This document shows positions 59,563 through 64,000 of a stretch of 64,000 bases of DNA, in pieces (positions within the stretch are counted from its first letter, which is position 1; each line of letters begins with the position of its first letter). The notes below the pieces were generated by a model. That model had not been told where the DNA came from. It searched no databases and saw nothing but the letters and a program-made list of their open reading frames with translations. The translations under genes were made by a program, and so were the position numbers. Source of the stretch: a virus; the IMG/VR virus record IMGVR_UViG_3300048091_000427. The stretch is one strand, 5' to 3'.

Positions 59563-61008
59563 TTATCGAATCAAGGACTGGATAATGTTAAACAGACCCA
59601 GGTTGGATTCGATGGCCAGCTTGGCCGCCACCTTGCCCTTGGCGATGTTTTGACCTTCGTAGTAAACATGAGGGCCGCTCATGTACAGAATGTCCTTCTC
59701 CATGGCCTTGTCGAACCACGACTTTTGATCACCGGTGGTTGGTGCTGCTCCATCGGTCACCGGGGTGATGACTGGGGTGATGACCTCAACCGAAGGCGAC
59801 GTGTCGGAGCTCAACAGGGTACTGATCGGCTGCGCGAAGTACTCGTCATCGTCCAGGGGCTCCCGGTGAGCCGGGCGTTCACCGTCGGCCAGTTCATCGA
59901 ACTCTTCTTCCTCATCTACCTGCGGTTTGATTACAGGGGCAGGGATCTCGGCAGCTGGGCGCAACTTCTCGGCAGCCTCAGCCGGCACCACCTTCGGTTT
60001 GACCGCCTCGATCACACCGTTGTTGCCCAACAGCTTGTCGCGCAGTTGCTTCTCGAGCGCTGCCGCGACCTTCGGGTTATCCGCCAGGTATTTTGCCGAG
60101 TTAGCCTTACCCTGGCCGATTTTGGTGCCGTTGTAGGCGTACCAGGCACCGGATTTTTCGACGAACCCGTGCAGAACACCCTGGTCGATCATCTCGCCGT
60201 GCAGGTAGATACCCTTACCGTAAAGGATCTGGAACTCAGCTTGCTTGAATGGCGAAGCGACCTTGTTCTTCACAACCTTGACGCGGGTTTCGCTGCCGAT
60301 CACTTCTTCGCCATCCTTCACCGAGCCAGTACGGCGGATATCGAGACGAACCGACGCGTAGAACTTCAGCGCGTTACCACCGGTGGTCGTTTCCGGGCTG
60401 CCGAACATCACGCCGATCTTCATGCGGATCTGGTTGATGAAGATTACCAGGCAGTTGGCGTTCTTGATGTTACCGGTGATTTTACGCAACGCCTGGGACA
60501 TTAGACGGGCCTGCAGGCCGACGTGCATGTCACCCATTTCGCCTTCGATCTCAGCCTTTGGCACCAGCGCCGCCACAGAGTCGACAATCAGGACATCGAC
60601 AGCGTTCGAACGCACCAGCATGTCGGTGATTTCCAGCGCTTGCTCACCAGTGTCGGGTTGGGAGACCAGGAGGTTGTCGACGTTTACACCCAGCTTGGCG
60701 GCGTACTCAGGGTCGAGAGCGTGTTCGGCGTCGACGAAAGCACAGGTCGCACCGGCTTTTTGAGCCTGGGCGATCACGGACAGGGTCAGGGTGGTTTTAC
60801 CAGACGATTCCGGGCCGTAAATTTCGATGATGCGACCACGCGGCAGGCCGCCGATGCCCAGTGCCACGTCCAGACCCAGGGAGCCGGTAGAAAAAGAGTC
60901 GATAGGCGCACGCTCGCTATCGCCCATGCGCCTGATAGAGCCATCGCCGAACTGCTTGTTGATCTGCGACAACGCTGTTTGGAGCGCCTTATTCTTTTCA
61001 ATAGACAT
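59563..61008 (-). CDS. recA: recombinase RecA with non-canonical ~130-aa C-terminal extension
   Basis: Complete RecA core (GPESSGKTT Walker A, L1/L2 loops, acidic tail [13 protein letters not shown]) starting MSIEKNK with GGAGA RBS; ORF continues about 100 aa beyond usual stop. Confidence 0.9.
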   Translation of the reverse strand: MSIEKNKALQTALSQINKQFGDGSIRRMGDSERAPIDSFSTGSLGLDVALGIGGLPRGRIIEIYGPESSGKTTLTLSVIAQAQKAGATCAFVDAEHALDPEYAAKLGVNVDNLLVSQPDTGEQALEITDMLVRSNAVDVLIVDSVAALVPKAEIEGEMGDMHVGLQARLMSQALRKITGNIKNANCLVIFINQIRMKIGVMFGSPETTTGGNALKFYASVRLDIRRTGSVKDGEEVIGSETRVKVVKNKVASPFKQAEFQILYGKGIYLHGEMIDQGVLHGFVEKSGAWYAYNGTKIGQGKANSAKYLADNPKVAAALEKQLRDKLLGNNGVIEAVKPKVVPAEAAEKLRPAAEIPAPVIKPQVDEEEEFDELADGERPAHREPLDDDEYFAQPISTLLSSDTSPSVEVITPVITPVTDGAAPTTGDQKSWFDKAMEKDILYMSGPHVYYEGQNIAKGKVAAKLAIESNLGLFNIIQSLIR

Positions 61009-61049
61009 ATGAATCTCCGATGAATCTGGTGTAGGTGTGAATGTAATTA

Positions 61050-61064
61050 TTGTATTCAATTGAC
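61050..61064. promoter_or_regulatory. TTGACAGGCTGTCAA palindrome in recA promoter region
   Basis: 7-1-7 inverted repeat containing -35-like TTGACA; no canonical CTGT-N8-ACAG LexA box found. Confidence 0.35.
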
Positions 61065-61109
61065 AGGCTGTCAACAAGATTGATGGTAAATTGATATGAT
61101 ATTTTTACA

Positions 61110-61691
61110 TCAATCTTCGTTCTGATAACGGCCTGTCCAAGGGGCTACCAGGTCAACTTTAACGGTGAGGTAGGGCAGTTGGTTGACCACGGCATCGAAT
61201 GCAAATTTGCGAGCTGACACGGGGTCTTTGGTACCGGCTTTGTCCATGGCTGAAAGGGACTGACCTACGCCATCCACCCGAATGATTGGGTCGATGCCAA
61301 AGCCTGGTGTGTCATAAGGGCATATGGTGCCATAGGTCTCGCCGAGGTAGGCGTACACCACACCCTCGTGCAGAATCCCCAAGCGCACCTGCCAGATAGC
61401 TTTGGCGGGATGCTGGATTTCGCCGGCGAGCAGAGCGTCTTTACGCCAGCGAATGTCGATCATGGGCTGACCATCAATGACCATGATGGAGTCTTCGACC
61501 ATGCGGCCTGGCCCTGCGGCTAGAGCTTTGTGAATGATGACTTCATCTGGATTGCCATCGACCTCGTCGAGGTCTTCGCCTGTTTCGATACGCAGTGAAG
61601 CGTTAGAAAATCGTTGGTATTCAGCAATCTTGACCGGGTTTGAAGTAACCAGGGTGAAATCTTGAAGGGTTGGAGCGCCCATTGGTGTCAC
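61110..61691 (-). CDS. Ham1/RdgB-like non-canonical NTP pyrophosphatase family protein
   Basis: LVTSNPVKIAEY, DDS..VDG, GFGIDPI pattern parallels ITPase motifs. Confidence 0.5.
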   Translation of the reverse strand: MTPMGAPTLQDFTLVTSNPVKIAEYQRFSNASLRIETGEDLDEVDGNPDEVIIHKALAAGPGRMVEDSIMVIDGQPMIDIRWRKDALLAGEIQHPAKAIWQVRLGILHEGVVYAYLGETYGTICPYDTPGFGIDPIIRVDGVGQSLSAMDKAGTKDPVSARKFAFDAVVNQLPYLTVKVDLVAPWTGRYQNED

Positions 61692-61849
61692 GTCCTGTCG
61701 TTGATCGCTAGGTTATCAGTATAGTCCTGCTATACCGAAACGTCAATTGATGGGCTTTAATATTGAGTCTATGAGGCATCAGGTGGAGAAGGCCCGGCAT
61801 CGAGAAAAGTCGGGTTCTGCGCCAGCTGGCGCCTATAAAAAAACGGCGC

Positions 61850-61880
61850 CCTAGGCGCCGTTTTTTCACTGCCTGCCGGA
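61850..61880. terminator. bidirectional rho-independent terminator
   Basis: AAAAAACGGCGCCCTAGGCGCCGTTTTTT. Confidence 0.75.
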
Positions 61881-61881
61881 A

Positions 61882-62136
61882 TTACTTGCGGCTGGCTTTT
61901 TCGAGCATGCGCAGAGCGCGCTCGTTGGCTTCGTCAGCGGTCTGCTGCGCCTTTTGGGCGGCGGCCAGGGCTTCGTCAGCTTTCTGCGAAGCCGAATCAG
62001 CGGTCTGCTGAGCTTTGGAGATCGCGTCTTCGTTGGCGGTCAGGCGCGCTTCGGTCTCTTTGGTGAAATGAGACGAGCAGCCGGTGGCCAGCACAGCAGC
62101 GATAGCCAGAGCCGAGAATTGGAGCACACGTTTCAT
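61882..62136 (-). CDS. oprI: major outer membrane lipoprotein OprI
   Basis: [17 protein letters not shown] lipobox and ...[34 protein letters not shown] near-identical to Pseudomonas OprI. Confidence 0.85.
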   Translation of the reverse strand: MKRVLQFSALAIAAVLATGCSSHFTKETEARLTANEDAISKAQQTADSASQKADEALAAAQKAQQTADEANERALRMLEKASRK

Positions 62137-62422
62137 GCGTTTGTATCCCTATGTTGAGTGAGTTCGGTCATGCGACCGGTCGACTGACTTGAAGCAAAAC
62201 CCATTGTTGCAGTGTTCCTATGGAATGTAAATATACCTTTCTGCAAAATATTTTAATTGGAAGAGCTGCTACCGCTGTTACCTGAAACGAATGGTAAAAA
62301 CAGTTTCTATATAGAATTCATGGAGAGCTTCTGGGTAGTTGATCGTCGAGACTGGCATTCAGAAGCGTAATGGCCAATCGATATCTACGATCATAATACC
62401 CAGATCAGTGGTTAGGTCTTGA

Positions 62423-63715
62423 TTACAAATTCAGAGCTTGACCGAACAACACGCCCTTGATTTTTAATTTCCTGAACAATTTGATCAACTCGACGGTGTT
62501 ATATACCCTATTCAGAGCTTGAGCATTACGAACAGATTGCTGGATTTGTGGAACAACTTCATTGGCTTGGAACTGGGAAAGGTAGGCCTTAGCAAATAAT
62601 TCGCATATGCTACATTTGTCTTTGACAAGTTGGCGTACTGCTTCAGTGCCAGTTTCAGGAAACCGGGGGTCAGGATTGATTTGCTGTAGAAGTAAAATGC
62701 TTTGATACAGATGCAGAGTGGACACCCAGGGATGGCTGTCGAGTGTGTTAAGCAATGCGTGAAAACAAATAAGTCTGCTTTGCTCGGCACAGGGGATGAA
62801 CTGTATAGCCCTGCCATCGCGTTTGATGGCCTCTAATCGAATCGTTTCAGTTTGTTCCTGTGGGGGTATCTGACCGAGCATCATCGGGTTTCTGGAAATG
62901 GCAAGAAGACGGAGCTTATCCGTTTGGAAGGAGGACGGAATGTCGTCAAGACAGGCCCCGTGGGGGCATGAACCGATTGCACCCTCGCACAACCTGCCCG
63001 TTAGCAGATGCGGGGGCACGAAGACGATGGCAGCTCCGTTGGAGCGGACGGCAGCGTTAGCCATCTCGGACGTGACGATATTTACAGGGCAGAAACGCAA
63101 CAGGAGGCCATCTTTCCCAAGGGCGGTCAGCCAAATGTCCCTCTTGAGGTGCTGAGCAGGAATTTGATGGATCAGTTGTGCATCCAGGCTTACCGCTTTT
63201 TTGTATAAGGATTTATTCAAAAGATGGTCAGGAAGAAAGAACAACATGGTCGGTTCTTTTTCCATAGCAAGCAGACACAACTCAATTTTTTTCAGAGCGT
63301 CAGGAACATAATAAAAATCTTTTGGGTTGAGTTTTACAGCCACCCAGCACACGCGCTCTGTTCGCTCAAACAAAGGAATGTCCTGGAAGTTACAAAGGAA
63401 ACCTTTCAGCATGGAAATCCAGCGATCTTCTACGTTTTTTGATGCTTTTGCCTGCGACTCAAACAAATCAGGTTCAATCAACGATTTGATATCAATTCGC
63501 AGAGCAACACATAAGTATTTATAAAAGTTAGTAAGCGATGAAGCGCTCATATTAGACAATGGTTCCCCGTGGGAAGAGCGCAGCATGCTCCATACCTCGG
63601 GCGCTATGTTGTTTTGCAAGTGTGCAATCGCAGTGAAATCGAAATAGCCATCTACTATGGATTGTTTGGCCAAGGTTTCTCGTCTTGTTTTCAATCTCAC
63701 AATATTATTCCCCAT
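62423..63715 (-). CDS. DUF4116-repeat protein (low GC)
   Basis: Repeated (W/I)xxALxxDGxxLxFVP units; AT-rich codon usage. Confidence 0.5.
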   Translation of the reverse strand: MGNNIVRLKTRRETLAKQSIVDGYFDFTAIAHLQNNIAPEVWSMLRSSHGEPLSNMSASSLTNFYKYLCVALRIDIKSLIEPDLFESQAKASKNVEDRWISMLKGFLCNFQDIPLFERTERVCWVAVKLNPKDFYYVPDALKKIELCLLAMEKEPTMLFFLPDHLLNKSLYKKAVSLDAQLIHQIPAQHLKRDIWLTALGKDGLLLRFCPVNIVTSEMANAAVRSNGAAIVFVPPHLLTGRLCEGAIGSCPHGACLDDIPSSFQTDKLRLLAISRNPMMLGQIPPQEQTETIRLEAIKRDGRAIQFIPCAEQSRLICFHALLNTLDSHPWVSTLHLYQSILLLQQINPDPRFPETGTEAVRQLVKDKCSICELFAKAYLSQFQANEVVPQIQQSVRNAQALNRVYNTVELIKLFRKLKIKGVLFGQALNL

Positions 63716-63786
63716 TCCATCAAATATTGAATCCCTGTCAAACTTGATTGTTGAAATTAATATGCACTGTTTTGTTTTTATTTCAC

Positions 63787-63999
63787 TTATTTGTTTTTAT
63801 TACATGGGGTTATTGAGTTGGTGGCCATCATTATAGCATCAAAACCAGGAATGTGGTGGCACATTGGCATATGAGCAAGCTCATCAGGAAGTTGGCCCAC
63901 CAGGTCAGGAAAATTGACGAAAATTGCCTGGAAAGCTTGGCGGCTTTTTCTATTTGAGGTAAATTGCCACCATCCTTTCAGCACTAGATTTTTCAGCAA
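63787..63999 (-). CDS. hypothetical protein, 3' fragment (5' end outside window)
   Basis: ORF open at window end. Confidence 0.3.
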   Translation of the reverse strand: MLKNLVLKGWWQFTSNRKSRQAFQAIFVNFPDLVGQLPDELAHMPMCHHIPGFDAIMMATNSITPCNKNK

Positions 64000-64000
64000 T

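Noticed and set aside
59497-60504. 335-aa ORF on + strand antisense to recA
   Set aside because: Lies entirely opposite a confidently identified recA; shadow ORF typical of GC-rich sequence
61030-61110. Canonical LexA (SOS) box upstream of recA
   Set aside because: No CTGT-N8-ACAG match found by eye; only near-palindromes reported instead
62423-63715. N-myristoylation signal at MGNNIV of the DUF4116 protein
   Set aside because: Position 6 is Val, not the Ser/Thr required by the MGxxxS/T consensus
1-64000. CRISPR arrays, IS elements, integrases, tRNA genes
   Set aside because: No regularly spaced direct repeats, no transposase- or integrase-like ORFs, and no tRNA-like T-arm or acceptor signatures seen in intergenic regions; only tmRNA found

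Overview
A 64-kb window from a Pseudomonas-like gammaproteobacterium, roughly mid-50s % GC with lower-GC patches.

The genus-level call rests on three things. There is a near-identical OprI lipoprotein, a RecA, and a NAD-salvage cluster (nadE-pncB-pncA divergent from nadM-like/nrtR/nudix).

The conserved backbone consists of:
- an ssrA (tmRNA) gene with a textbook sigma70 promoter, followed by smpB and xseA;
- the NAD salvage cluster;
- an mscS-family channel, a metallophosphoesterase, recA, oprI, and a BI-1/YccA membrane protein.

These are interleaved with a large amount of accessory material. This includes many hypothetical proteins, a lone FliM paralogue, a lone CheY, an extra FtsH-type protease, Sel1-repeat lipoproteins, an ADP-ribosylglycohydrolase, a PTP-like CX5R protein, a DUF4116 repeat protein and several tandem paralogue pairs. 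No transposase, integrase, CRISPR array or rRNA was found.

The main finding is a family of at least seven otherwise dissimilar proteins, 151 to 600 aa, scattered across the window. All end in the same extreme C-terminal heptapeptide F-S-x-D-[L/M]-G-[L/V]-COOH. Some sit next to small acidic paralogous proteins or as tandem paralogues. This looks like an undescribed C-terminally tagged secreted, translocated or targeted protein family (effector-like).

Secondary findings:
- a RecA with a roughly 130-aa non-canonical C-terminal extension, followed by an AlkB-like dioxygenase instead of recX;
- an orphan FliM/CheY pair outside any flagellar locus;
- recurring TTGACA-centred palindromes and a shared 13-mer promoter element.
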